Assembly: GCF_004010195.1 (NCBI RefSeq)
Contig: NC_057720.1
Coordinates: forward strand, 22,651,499 to 22,710,404
Length of the DNA stretch: 58,906 bases
DNA from: Chiloscyllium plagiosum
Taxonomy: Eukaryota
Direction: 5' to 3'
This document shows, piece after piece, positions 1 through 13,101 of this stretch. Positions within the stretch are counted from its first letter, which is position 1. Every line of letters begins with the position of its first letter. The position numbers and the translations under genes are program-made. The notes beneath the pieces were generated by a model. The model did no database searches and was not told the origin of the DNA. It saw nothing but the letters and a program-made list of their open reading frames with translations.

Positions 1-769
1 TCTATTAATTGAACAAGAGGCAAGCTCAATGCTTGGTTCATAATGCCAAGCATTGCTAGGAGACAGGAGATGATGGTCAAATACAATCTTCAAAGATAGA
101 CAGCAGTCATAACTGGATTTGTTGCTGTTTTGCAAAATTGGAAGAGGTAGGATATTCGAGGGATCACAGTTTCATGCCACAAAGAAATGGTCAAATAGCC
201 AATGAGACGGTACCACACCCACTCTGACACAGTAATCCATTTTGGTAAAATATTTTCTTTAGCAGTAATGTGAATGGCTGGCTCCTATGTTGCTCCCAAC
301 AACTCCAAATTAACATGCATCAGTATTAGGGTTTTGTAATGTCCCATCTCAAAACTCTCTCTCATCTTTCACAGGGCATTGCAAGCCATTCAAGAAGCTT
401 GACTGGGAGCAAACTGGAACTGAACACATTCCTAACTCCCTGTCCTTGCACTGAAATTAGCAACACATCCTGAAAGAATTGTGATACTGACACACAATCT
501 GAGGGGTGTAATTTGTAAATATATCCACACTAACTTCACTAACCTCAAAGGTGATTGAAAAGTCTTTCCATGGATTAGACCTACAGCGTAAGTTACGAGC
601 CAATGTTTCATGAACGTTCCATGCAATTTCTTATTTTCACATGGCTTCAGTGACCAGGTGAATCATAGTGTCTACCAATGTAACTGGTTCAACAATTGCA
701 ATGAGGATAATGGTGAGACAATCCAGAAGTTGGAAGTAGCAAACAGTGTATAAATGTGATGAGAATATG

Positions 770-1518
770 GAATTTGACAGGGTAGATGCAGACTCTCCAT
801 TGTGGAAGAGTTTGGGACCAGTGGGTATAATCTCAGAATAAAGACAAAGATGAGGAGGAATTTCTTCTCTCGGAGGGCAAAATATCAGTGGAATCTGTGA
901 ATTCGCAGAAGGTAACATATCTATGCAATCTGTGAATTCTCTGAGGACTATGGAGGCCAGGTCTATTCGATACTGGGCAATTACTAGGCTCTAGTTGGAA
1001 CCAATGAACACAAAAACATGTTTTTGTCAGCAAACAAACAGGGAGGTTTTATTCTGTAGCTGTGCACTTTGTAAAAGCTCAAAACAAGTCTGAATAAATC
1101 TGCAAACTAGCCAATGACCCACTGGTGTGATTCAACTAGAAGAAAGTGAGGTCTGCAGATGCTGGTGATCATTCCTAATGAAGGGCTCTGGCCTGAAATA
1201 TTGATTTTCCTGTTCCTCAGATGCTGCCTGACCTGCTGTGCTTTTCCAGCAACACACTCTCGTCACTAGTGTGATTCATCAGTGCTCATGGACTCACCTC
1301 TTGAAAGGGGCACTCACAACTTACTTTACATCTATTTTAACACTTAACAGGATTGGTAATACTTAAGGCTGAGATAGACAGATTTTTAATCAGTACAGGA
1401 GTGATGAGCTATGGGGTGTAGGCAGGAAAGTGGATTTGAGGATTATCGGATCACTCATGATATTGAATTGCGGAGCAGACGCAATAGACTGAAAGGCCCA
1501 CTTCTGCTCCTATGACTT
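770..1518 (+). mobile_element. Degraded CR1 LINE 3' end, interrupted at about 961-1354
   Basis: Typical CR1 ORF2 end and 3'UTR (gacagggtagatgcag, gatgaggaggaatttcttctct, aaggctgagatagacagattttt, ctgctcctatg tail). Confidence 0.7.
1135..1263. mobile_element. Short Penelope-derived terminal-repeat insertion with decayed hammerhead
   Basis: Same sequence family as 22229-22886 and 36870-37089. CTAATGA-AGGGC..GCCT-GAAA at 1175-1198. 15-bp flanking direct repeat cact(g/a)gtgtgattca at 1120-1134 and 1264-1278. Confidence 0.75.
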
Positions 1519-2080
1519 ACAGTAATAGAGTAATAAAGATATACAGCACAGAAACAGATCCTTCAGTCCAACTCGTCCATGCCGACTAGATATCCTAAAT
1601 AAATCTAGTCCTATTTGCCAGCATTTGGCCCATCTCCCGCCAAACCCCTTATATTCATATACCCATCCAGCTGCCTTTTAAATGTTGTATTTGTACCAAC
1701 CTCCAACACTTCCTCTGGCAACTCGTTGCATACACGCACCACCCTCTGTGTGAAAACATTACCCCTTACATCTGTTTTAAATCTTTCCCCCTCACCTTAA
1801 ATCCATGCACTTTAGTTTTGGAATCCCCCACCCCAGGGAAAATATCTTGTCTATTTACCCTATCATGCCCCTCATGATTTTGTAAATCTCTACAGGTCAC
1901 CCCTCAGCCTCTGACACTCCAGGGGAAAAAAACCCAGCCTATTCAGCCTCTCCCTTTGGCTCAAACCTTCTGACCCTGGCAACATCCTTGAAAATCTTTT
2001 CTGAACCCTTTCAAGTTTCACAACATCCTTCTTACAGCAGGGAGACCAGAATTGCGCACAATATTCCAAAGGTGGCCTCA
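1519..2080 (-). mobile_element. CR1 (HER1-like) LINE, 5'-truncated
   Basis: Translation RPPLEYCAQFWSP...LERVQKRF is the CR1 ORF2 C-terminus. HER1-type tail. 10-bp TSD cctatgactt at 1509-1518 and 2081-2090. Confidence 0.9.
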
Positions 2081-4153
2081 CCTATGACTTCTTGTCATAT
2101 TAGAAAATAATTAAATGTAAATGCACACTGATATTGCTCTTGCTGCTTAATCACAAATGGAAAATCAGACTTTTTTTTCTCAACTTTGAGTATCCCATTT
2201 TTCTAATTTTGCCACATCTCCCCAATAGACACATCGTTAACCCACATCATTCAGGACCTGGGAAAATTCCATCCACTGATATTGGAGAAACACACATTTT
2301 CTAATTTCAAAGCAATTGCTTGTTCCAATGCTGCTATTCCTCTCAAACACTGAATTAATATTTGGCCCAAAGTGGAAGATTAGTTTCAACAATCCAACAT
2401 GAAACACCTTTGAAATCAGCTGGAAAGTGTTAGTTTACAAAGCACTTTCACAACAGAAAAGATCTAGTTTCATCATGTCTATATTTAAGATTGTTTATAA
2501 AACTAATAATCAAACAAGATTGTTCAAAGACAGCAAAAGACATTTCATGTAAACAAAAACATATTGTCACTCATTTATTTTCAAACATAGAAAATGATCC
2601 TTTCAACTACTTCAATCGCATTGTAGATAGCTCAAATTCAACAGGAAGGGATGTTTGATTTGACTCCCTGTACTATTTAAGTTTGATATGAATTTCAATA
2701 TTAAATTATATTTATTTTGGTCGGCAATCAATCATATTGTTTTCACAAGAGAATAGTACTGTAGCACTTGTGTAGTAATATTTCACTTTGAATTCAAGGA
2801 ATTGCCAGAGGCACTAGTGTCTGTTCTGATTTTCACCTCAAAGCAATATTGAGTTCAGTCATTTCACTTCAGTAAATTGCAATCATCTAGTTCAGAATCA
2901 ATGTACACATGTCTCTCATAAATGAAAATCAAGACCTTTGCAACATCCTTTGGGCTGCAACCAACCATTATGTCACTGCCAGTCGGACTAACACAATCTA
3001 ATGAGGATGTCTGTTCCTTCCATTGGATTTGAAGTACAGACAAGAATCTATTCGTTAGGATCAATATGCCATTCAATTCTGGAATTCAATACTAAAATGT
3101 ACACTGGTTCTCTAATTGTAAAAAAATGTTTAAGTCTGAACATTCTTTCACATTGCATAATACAAATGCATATTATTAAATCCTAATATAGACAGAACAG
3201 ATTAAAAATCTGAATATTTTATATATTCATACTTTGAGATCTTTGAAAATCTTTTCCTGATCCCTGTGATGATTGACAATGTAACTGGCTTAATCTCCTT
3301 TGGCACTATCCCTTTCTATTTAAAAATCAGCAATATCTCTCAATAACACAAAGACACATAGGCATCCCCTTACTTAATATTATAGAAATGGAATTGATTG
3401 AGTCCTTTAAGAGATAAATGTATTAATAAATGCAACATGACAGACAAATTGATAAATACAAGTATATATACAAAGATGGGAAAATACTTTTTAGAACAAT
3501 TTGGCTCCAATCCTGCAGCAACCCAAAGTACAGTTGAATAGTCTAAATTGTCATGTTAAAAATCGTTTAGATATCAAGAAGATAATTTAAGATTTCTCTC
3601 TTCTTGGAAGTTTAAAATTTCTTGTCTCCTTTAGATTAAGTTAGTTGGGTACTATGACAATGAACATTTTATGTGGCCAATTGAAAATAGTAGAATCAAT
3701 CTTTCTAAATGGAACATGACAAGCCAAATTATTACCAATTCATCTAATGAAGCCTCTTTTTAAAATCTGGCTAGGCTCTGAATACCATTTCATAGAAGTC
3801 ATGTATTCATAAGAAATTGCTACACTGGACAAATTACACCTATTTTGCATGCCTTAATATACTATTGCTGTTGCATATATATCTCTCAGGTGTGTAGAAA
3901 TGACATATTGGCCAATATATATTGGAACAGAAATTTATTCACAGTGCTTTAAAATGTCTGCTCCATGCTTCTAGCAACTTCTACAAGTTTGTTTATGCTT
4001 CTTTGGTTCCACATTACAATAAGCTTTCATTATTTATTATTAGTATTTGCAAGCTTGGGTTTTAAAGTTGACCGAACTATATATTTTTTAAGGTAATAGA
4101 AGGAAAACTGTTACTGGTGCTGCTGAAAATTTGAAATAACTACAGAAAGTGCT

Positions 4154-6220
4154 TGAGCAACTCCGAAGACTCTGTTTTTCTCGCTCCTTGAGAGGCTGTT
4201 GGGAAAGCCAGTGATTGCTATTTAAGCATGTACCTCGAAGCCAGCTGTCTTGTTTTACAGCAGAGAGCGGCGGGAGCTGGGCGGACGTGAAGTCGGAGCA
4301 GGGAGGCTGTTGGGAAGGCAAGTGGTTGCTATTTAAGTAGGTGCATTCTAGCAGGAAAAGCGGGAATGTTGATCAGGGGCCTACAGGGAAAGTGAGACAC
4401 CACTTTAAGGTTTAAAAAACTTACTTCGACAGGCGCTGCCCTCCTTTTCTATTCCAGCAGCAGGAAGAGCGGGAGCTCTAACCAAAAAGGACTCTCATCT
4501 ATTGTTAAGGTAAGGCTCTTCAATTTATATTTCTTGTGTATTGTGAGAATGATTAAAACTTTAATTGGTTAATTGAATAAGACCGTAGCAGAAAAGTACT
4601 AGAAATTATTTAACACATAAATTGTAAAAGTTAATTGAATAAGTAGAGATGGTTGGACAGGTGATGTGCTGTAGCTGTATGATGTGGGAATTAGCTGATC
4701 CCATTGCGAACGGCAGTGACCACATCTGCAGCAAGTGTTGGTTACTGGAAGAACTCCAGGTCTGAATTGCTGATCTGGAATCTGCGCTTCAAACACTGCA
4801 GCACATCTGGGAGGGGGAGAGTTACCTGGACACTTTGTTCAGGATGCAGTCACACCCGGTAGATTCAGTAATTCAAATTCAGTAAGTGTTCAGGGACAAC
4901 AGGGTGTGACTGTAAGTGAGGAAGGTAGGAGGTATTCTGAGTTCAGGAGTGGATTCTCGCCCCCTGTATGGATGAGGGAAAGGGCTGTGGACAGGATGAG
5001 CCAGCTGACCATGGCACCGTGGTGCAGAAGGCCGTTCAAGAGGGGGGAGCAAAAAGACAAGTAGTTGTTATTGGGGATTCTCTCATTAGGTGACAGATAG
5101 TATCCTTTGTGAGCTAGATCGGGAGTCCCGCATGGTGTGTTGCCTGCCCGGTGCCAGGGTGCAGGACATCTCTGATTAGCCTGAAAGGACTACCCTGAGG
5201 AGGATCCAGTTGTTGTGGCCCATGTTGGGACTAACAACATAGGCAAAGCTAGGGTGGAGGACCTGTTTAGGGATTATCAAGCACTAGGGAGGAAATTGAA
5301 GAACAGGTCCTCGAGGGTCATAATCTCCGGATTAATGCCTGAGCCATGTGCCAATTGGCATAGAAAATTAGGGAAGTAAACACATGGCTAAGGGATTGTT
5401 GTGGGAAAGAGGGATTCCATTTCATGGGGCATTGGCATCAGCTTTGGCACCCGGGAGTATCTGTACCGTTGGGACGGTCTCCACCTGAACCGATCTGGAA
5501 CCAGTGTTCTGGCAAAAAGGATAAATAGGGTGGTCAGCAGGACTTTAAACTTGTGAGTCGGGGGGAAGGGAAAGCGAAAGTGACAGGGAGTATGGAGTTA
5601 AATGGGAAGATAAGCAACAGGATAGCACGTGTGCAGGTGGGTTTAGGCTTGAGGTAGACTAGGACTGTAGCAAAAAGGAAGGATAACTTAGGACATCTTA
5701 TGATTTCCAATATCTCTAATAATGATAAGGAAGTTAGCATTAAGGTACTTTACCTGAATGCTCATAGTATTCGCAACAAAGTAGATGAATTAACAGCACA
5801 AATCATCGTGAATAATTATGATGTGGAGGGCATCACAGCGACATGGTTGCAGGGGGTTCAGGACTGGCAGTTAAACATCCAATGATTTACAACTTATCGA
5901 GAGGACAGGGAGTTGGGCAGAGGAGGTGAGGTTGTCTTGTTAGTTAAGAATGAAATTAATTCTATGGCATTGAATGACACAGGGTCAGATGATGTGGAGT
6001 CTGTATGGGTGGAGTTCAGGAACCACAAAGGCAAAAAAACCATAATGCTAGTTATGTATAGACCTCCCAGCAGTGGTCAGGACCAGGGACACATGATGTA
6101 CTGGGAAATAGATAGGTCATGTCAGAAAGGCAGGGTCACGGTGATCATGGGGGACTTCAATATGCAGGTGGACTGGGTGAATACTGCTGCTGGTGGATCC
6201 AAAGAAAGGGAATTCATGAA
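4154..6220 (+). mobile_element. CR1 LINE copy A: 5'UTR, ORF1 and start of ORF2 (APE endonuclease)
   Basis: CpG-containing 5'UTR, ORF1 from ATG 4649, then IKVLYLNAHSIRNK...YRPP...MGDFN endonuclease motifs (5740-6220). Confidence 0.9.
4649..5556 (+). pseudogene. Disrupted CR1 ORF1: zinc finger/leucine zipper plus SGNH(GDSL) esterase
   Basis: MVGQVMCCSCMMW...CSKC N-terminus, VVVIGDSLIR at 5061-5090, HVGTNN at 5221, LYRWDGLHLN at 5461-5490. Contains stops and frameshifts. Confidence 0.88.
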
Positions 6221-6347
6221 GCTAAATTGCCCGTAGTGTTAGGTAAGGGGTAAATGCAGGGGTATGGGTGGGTTGCGCTTCGGCGGGGCAGTGTGGACTT
6301 GTTGGGCTGAAGGGCCTGTTTCCACACTGTAAGTAATCTAATCTAAT
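6221..6347 (+). mobile_element. HE1 SINE 3' fragment
   Basis: Matches the 3' third of the full copy at 58103-58420, with (TCTAA)n tail. Confidence 0.92.
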
Positions 6348-7784
6348 CCAGTTGTTGTGGTCCATGTTGGCACTAACAACATAGACAAAGCTAGGAAGGA
6401 CAATCTGGGGAGAATCAAGCACTCGGAAGGAAATTGAACAACAGGTCCTCAAGGGTCATAATCTCTGGATTATTGCCTGAGCCACGTTCTAATTGGCATA
6501 AGGATAAGAAAATTAGGGAAGTAAACATATGTCTAAGAGATTGGTGTGGGAAAAAGGGATTCCATTTCATGGGACATTGGCATCAGCTTTGGAACCAGAG
6601 GGATCTGTACGATGAGACAGTCTCCACCTGAACCGATCTGTTCTGGCGAAAAGGATAAATAGGGTGGTCAGTAGGATTTTAAACTGGTGAGTTGAGGGGA
6701 AGGGAAAGGGAAAGCATCAGGGAGGATGGAGTCAAGTAGAAAGGTAAGCAGCAGGATAGCATGTGTGCAGGGTTTAAGTTCAAGGCAGACTAGGAATGAA
6801 ATAAAATGGAATAAGTCAGGACATCTTACTAGAGATGATGGAAATCATAAGGATAAGAAAATTAGCATTTAGGCGCTTACCCGAATGCTCGTAGTATTCG
6901 TAACAAATTAGATGAATTAATAGCACACATCATCGTGAATGATTATAATGTGGTAGACATCACAGAGAAGTGGTTGCAGGGGATTCAGGACTGGCAGTTA
7001 AACATCCAAGGATTTACAACTTATCGAGAAGACAGGGAAATTAAATCTATGGCACTGAATGACATAGGGTCAGATGATGACATAGGGTCTGTGTGGTTGG
7101 AGGTGAATAGCCACAAAGGCAAAAAAAGACCATAATGGGAGTTATATACAGACCTCCCAGCAATAGTCAGGACCAGGGGCGCAAGATGTACCAAGAAGTA
7201 GATAGAGCATGTCAGAAAGGCAAGGTCACGTGATCATGGGGGACTTCAATATGCAAATGGTCTGGGTGAATAATGTTGCTGGTGGGTCCAAAGAAAGGGA
7301 ATTCATGGAATGCTTACAGGATGGTTTTTTGGAACAGCTTGTTATGGAGCCCACAAGGGAGCAGGCTATCATAATATGGTAGAGTCCAGGCTGCAGTTTG
7401 AAAGAGAGAAGGCAAAATCGGATGTAAAGGTGTTACAAATCGGATATAATGGTGTTACAGTTAAATAAAGGTAATTACAGGGGCGTGAGAGAGGAACTGA
7501 TGAAAATTGACTAGAAGCAGAGCCTAGCGAGGAAGACAGTAGAGCAACAATGGCAGGAGTTTCTGGGTGCAATTGAGGACACAGTACAGAGGTTCATCCC
7601 AAAGTAAAGAAAGATTATCCGGGGGTGAATTAGACAGCCATGGCTGACAAAGGATGTCAGGAAATGTATCAAAAAAAAGAGACAGCCTATAAAGTGGGCA
7701 AGAGTACTGGGAAATCAGAAGATTGGGAAGGCTACAAAACAAACAGAGGATAACAAAGAGGAAAATAAGGAAGGAGAGGATCGT

Positions 7785-8035
7785 GGGCGGCACGGTGGCA
7801 CAATGGTTAGCACTGCTGCCTCACAGCACAGAGACCTGGGTTCAATTTCCTCCTAGGCGACTGACTGTATGGAGTTTGCACGTTCCCCCCGTGTCTGTGT
7901 GGGTTTCCTCCAGGTGCAACGGTATACTCTCTCAGTCCAAAAATGTGCAGGTCTGAGTGGGTTGCGCTCCAGCAGGTCGGTGTGGACTTGTTGGGCTGAA
8001 GGGCCTGTTTCCACACTGTAAGTAATCTAATCTAA
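7785..8035 (+). mobile_element. HE1 V-SINE with internal deletion, nested in CR1
   Basis: tRNA-like A/B boxes, V domain and HER1-like tail. About 58 bp missing relative to 58103-58420. Confidence 0.93.
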
Positions 8036-9311
8036 ATATGAAGGTAAGCTAGCCAGTAATATTAGAACTGATAGTAAAAGTTCCTTTCAATGCATAAGGA
8101 ACAAACGAGAGTCAAAAGTAGACATTGGGCCACTTCAAACTGATGCAGAAGGCTAGTGATGGGAGATAAAGATAAGAGCTGAAGAACTTAATAAGTACTT
8201 TGCATCAGTCTTCACAGTGGAAGCCATGATTAATATCCCAACAATTACGGAGAGTCGGGGGCAGAGTTGAGTATGGTAGGCATTACAAAAGAGAAAGTGC
8301 TAAAAATGCTAAAAGGTCTAAAAGTTGATAACTCTCCTGGCCTCGATGGGCTACATCCTAAAGTTCTGAGGGAGGTGGCTGAGGAAATAGCAGAGGCGTT
8401 GGTTATGATCTTTCAAAAGTCATTGGAGTCAGGGAAAGTCCCAGATGATTGGAAAATTGCTGCTGTTCAAGAAAAGATCAAGACAACCAGCCAATTAGCC
8501 TAACCTTGGTAGTTGGTAAAATTCTAGAATCCATCGTTAAGGATGAGATTTCTAAATTCTTGGAAGTGCAGGGTCGGATTAGAACAAGTCAGCATGGATT
8601 TAGTAATGAGAGGTCATGCCTGACAAACCTGTTAGAATTCTTTGAAGAGGGAACAAGTAGGTTAGATCAGGGAGACCCAGTGGATGTTATCTATCTGGAC
8701 TTCCAAAAGACATTTGATAAGGTGCCTCATGGGAAGCTACTAAGTAAGGTGAGGGCCCATGGTGTTTGAGGTGAGCTACTGGCACGGATTGAGGATTGGC
8801 TGTCTGACAGAAGGCAGAGAGTTGGCATAAAAGATTATTTTTTGGAATGGCAGCTGGTGATAAGTGATGTCCCACAGGGTTCAGTGTTGGGGTCGCAGTT
8901 GTTCACTTTATATATTAATGATATGGATGAAGGGACTGGGGGCATTCTGACAAAGTTTGCCGATGATACAAAGTTAGGTGGATAGGCAGGTAGTTCTGAG
9001 GAGATGGGGAGGCTGTAGAAAGATTTAAACAGTTTAGGAGAGTGGTCCAGGAAATGGCTGATGAAATTCAACCTGAGTAAATGCGAGGTCTTGCACTTTG
9101 GAAAAAAGAATACAGGCATGGACTATTTTCTAAATGGTGATAAAATTCATAAAGCCAAAATACAAAAGGATCTGGGACTGCTAGTCCAGGATTCTCTAAA
9201 GGTTAACTTGCAGGTTGAGTCCATGATTAAGAAAGCAAATGTAATGTGGCCATATATCTCAAGAGGGATGGGATATAAAAGCAGCGATGTGCTTCAGAGA
9301 CTTTATACAAT

Positions 9312-9640
9312 GCGGCACGGTGGCACAGTGGTTAGCACTGCTGCCTCACAGCGCCAGAGACCCGGGTTCAATTCCCGCCTCAGGCGACTGACTGTGTGGA
9401 GTTTGCACGTTCTCCCCGTGTCTGCGTGGGTTTCCTCTGGGTGGTCCGGTTTCCACCCACAGTCCAAAGATGTGCAGGTCAGGTGAATTGGCCATACTAA
9501 ATTGCCCGTAGTGTTAGGTAAAGGGTAAATGTTGGGGAATGGGTGGGATGCGCTTCGGCGGGTCGGTGTGGACTTGTTGGGCCGAAGGGCCTGTTTCCAC
9601 ACTGTAATGTAATAAAAATAAAATAAAACAAAATAATAAA
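9312..9640 (+). mobile_element. HE1 V-SINE nested in CR1 ORF2
   Basis: Near full length, with an A-rich (TAAAA)n tail. Confidence 0.95.
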
Positions 9641-11249
9641 CTCCATTTAGCATACTGTGTCCAATTTTGCACCCCACACCTCAGGAAGGACATACTGGCA
9701 CTGGAGCGTGTCCAAAGATTCACACAGATGATCCCTGGAATGGTAGGCCTAACATACAATGAATGGCTGAGGATCCTGGGATTGTATTCATTAGAGTTTA
9801 GAAGGTTGAGGGGAGATCTAATAGAAACTTACAAGATAATGCATGACTTAGAAAGGGTGGACGCCAAGAAGTTGTTTTGGTTAGGCGAAGAGACGAGGAC
9901 CGGTGGGCACAACCTTAAAATTACAGAGGGTCAATTTAGAATGGAAATGAGGAGACATTTCTTCAACCAGAGAGTGGTGGGTCTGTGGAATTCATTGCCA
10001 CGGAGCGCAGTGGAGGCCGGGACGTTAAATGTCTTCATGGCAGAGATTAATAAATTCTTGATCTTGCAAGGAATTAAGGGCTATGGGGAGAATGCGGGAA
10101 AGTGGAGTTGAAATGTCCATCAACTATGATTAAATGGTGGAGTGGATTCGATGGGCTAAATGGCCTTACTTCCATTCCTATGTCTTATGATCTTATGGTC
10201 TCATAGATGCTGCCAGACCAGCTGAGTTTTGGTTTCTATATCTTTATTTCTATATTGTGTGCTTTAAGAGAGAATGCAGGCATAATCTTCCCAGTCCCCT
10301 GAATGAATGGGGCTTTGGTGAGTCAGTTGGGAAAATAGGGGGAGATCAGCAGAAATGAGATTTTGTACATTGAGGGGAAAATATCCAATTTTCCAACCAG
10401 GTTTTGAAGGGTAAGATGAGAACCTTGCTAGTGAGTGGCAAGGGACCTATTTGCATCAATTTTCATATATTAGCATGCCACTGTTACCTAATCTCACCTC
10501 TTTAATATCCAGTTTCCCATTCGCCAACATGGTAGATATAAACTAGACATTGACAATTCCCAACATGAAAGTCAGAGCGGGTACCTGGTGATTCTAGCTT
10601 ACTGCTTACTCTTCTGCTTGTCCATCTTGGACAGCAGCCAATAATACCTCAGATTAAACTCCATGGGCAAAGAGTGCCCGCATCCTCCTCTCCTCAGAAG
10701 TTGACATTGGGCACTTATCAATCTCAACACACACAGCACACGCTGCACTGACACCTGTCATTGTAATGCTGCTGCTGTGACACTTAGCATGCAGAGATAG
10801 GCACCTACCTGACGTATTGGACCGAGGTGAATCTCAAAACTTACCCTCCACTTACCCTCTTAGCACTTTTGCACTTTGCCCCCTCATCCAGAGCTTAAAG
10901 ACTCACAGTATCAGGCAGCTTGTAAGGGTGGTTGGCAGTGATGAGTCTACAGTGTGGACATGTTGTTGCATGACACTCTGCCAAGTCAACCTCTCACAGG
11001 CATCATGTGCCTGGAACTTATGTGGCAAACACACTGCAATGTTTTAAACAAATGGCAATGTCTCACAGTCGATGGGGGCTAGACTTCAGTCAGGCAAACG
11101 GGGATGTGGCACAGTAAGTCAAAGCCAGCATTCACTCGCAGTCCAGGGGCTTTTGACGTGCTTTCAACAAATGTCAAGAAGGATTATTGGGGCCACTGCT
11201 GTGATAGGAAAGCTGGGCAAGTCAGTTGTGGGGATTGGAGGCAGCATGC

Positions 11250-11522
11250 TGGGATGCAGGTTCGATTCCACCCTCGGGTGATTGTCTGTGTGGAATTTGC
11301 ATTTTCTCCCAGTGTCCTCCAGGTGCTCTGTTTAATATTTTTACCAGTCCAAAGATGTGCAAGTTAGTTGGATTGGATATGCTAAATTGTCCATGATGTG
11401 CCCTAGGTTGATTAGCCATGGGAAATGTAGGGTTACAGGGATAGGATAGGGAGGTGGGTCTGGGATGGGATGCTCTTTTCAGTGTTGGTATGGACTGGAT
11501 GGGCCAATTGGACTCTATGATT
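11250..11522 (+). mobile_element. Old HE1-like V-SINE
   Basis: B box ggttcgattcc, V domain tgtgtggaatttgca...cagtccaaagatgtgca, decayed tail. Confidence 0.8.
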
Positions 11523-11671
11523 ATAAATGAACTTTTTTTCTCTCCTATCACCAAGCCTCTCATGGCATCTATTAACCACCACCAGTAAGTCACCTGTGTT
11601 TTCCAATTGATTAATTTATATTCAAAGCTCAACAAAGGGATGGATGAATTTAAGGTACATTTGTTAATGAG

Positions 11672-11912
11672 TTTTGTTTAATTCACTCATGAGACATTGG
11701 TGTCGATAGCTGGCTAGCATTTATTTCCCATCCCTAGTTGGCCTTCAGAATGTGGTGTTGAGCTGCGTTCTTGAAGGCAGTCCAGGTTCTGTAGGTCGAT
11801 CCACAATGCCATTAGGGATGGAATTGCATGATTTTGACCCAGTGACAGTGAAAGACCAGCGATACATTCCCAAGTCAGGATGGTGAGTGGCTTGGAGGGG
11901 ACCTTGCCAGGT
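11672..11912 (-). mobile_element. LINE 3' end (CR1/L2 superclade)
   Basis: Translation SFTVTGSKSCNSIPN resembles the WNSLP C-terminal LINE motif. Its tail is shared with the SINE at 37495-37813. Confidence 0.65.
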
Positions 11913-13101
11913 TAGTAATTTATTTAAGCATTTCATGAAGAGCAATTAACTAAAGTCAAACTGAATGAAGAATTTGCTGAAAAGAAACCATGTACAATCA
12001 TGTTAACTGAACAACGAATTTTATAATTGAAATAGGGTGACCCTTCACCGAGGTTTGAGTATCTGTAAGATTGCTATGAGGATAACAAAGTTGAATCTTT
12101 ACTTGTGATTTCTGTTAAAAAGGTCATTTCAACCAGTTATTACAGTTATAGTTTAAAACCATAGTATAAAATAGTTTATGTTTTTAACTTTTAAGTGCAA
12201 TAAACTTTGATGTTCTTTTGTTAAAAATACATTGGCAGCCTCTTGTGAATATGTTCAGTGACGATCACTACAGTAAACAAACAGGGAGAATAAAACATAC
12301 AGTCTAACTCTGGGGTCTGAATTATCCACTTGTACCATTAGCTGGCATCATAAGAACACCGAGTCTCAATGAACATGATGACAATTATTCATGGAATCTG
12401 CACTGATTTCTCTAAATTCTTGGCCTTTAGACCTCACCCCGACCTTGCTTTTCTTGTGTCTCCTAGTCTGCCTGATCCATGAGTAACCACTGCTAACACG
12501 TGAAACCTCTGTTAGAGCCAGGATCAACATTTGCTACCTCACAGTTGAGTTACCACTACGGTTTGATCTCTGGAATCTACTTAGTGAATTACCTCTGCTG
12601 TTGCCTCAGGTGATGTTCATAAACCTTGGCTAATCAGAAGCTCTGCCATAGTTAATCTATTCCAACTTGGGATGGGCAACAAATGCTGGCCAAACAGTGA
12701 TGCCCATATCCAGCAATGGAATAAAAAGGTTTTGGAGTTCCTGCCTGACCTCCTTCACAACTTCAAATTTTTTTCCTTTTCAGACATTACTGTTATCTGT
12801 CCTCTTTGACCAAGGTTCTGCTCTCAGCTCTTAATATTGTTATATCCATTTTACGTATTCGCATCTCGACAACATAATTTTTTTTCCCCGATTTGAAAGC
12901 ATTTATGTAGAAATGCAATTCGTAGTTATTCACAAACTAAATGTCACAATATTTTCCTTTATTTAATAAAGGTTAAAAACAAAATCTGTGACATGTGAAT
13001 CGAAATGTGCTTCGAATTTGTCAGAATGCATTTCTTCTCATATTAAAGTTCAAGATTTTCCAGAGAAGCAGGTTTTCAGGCGTCCTTACTAAATGCCAAT
13101 A

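Larger units (their letters stand above)
6346..10203 (+). mobile_element. CR1 LINE copy B: end of ORF1, disrupted ORF2 (APE + RT), 3'UTR
   Basis: Esterase half repeated, endonuclease motifs, [29 protein letters not shown] at 8956-8967, stop at 10111, (TCTTATG)n-like tail. Confidence 0.93.

Noticed and set aside
2864..3076. 70-aa minus-strand ORF as candidate dpyd exon 3
   Set aside because: Does not match CEKLENNFDDIKHTT, and the donor (gtcttg) is weak.
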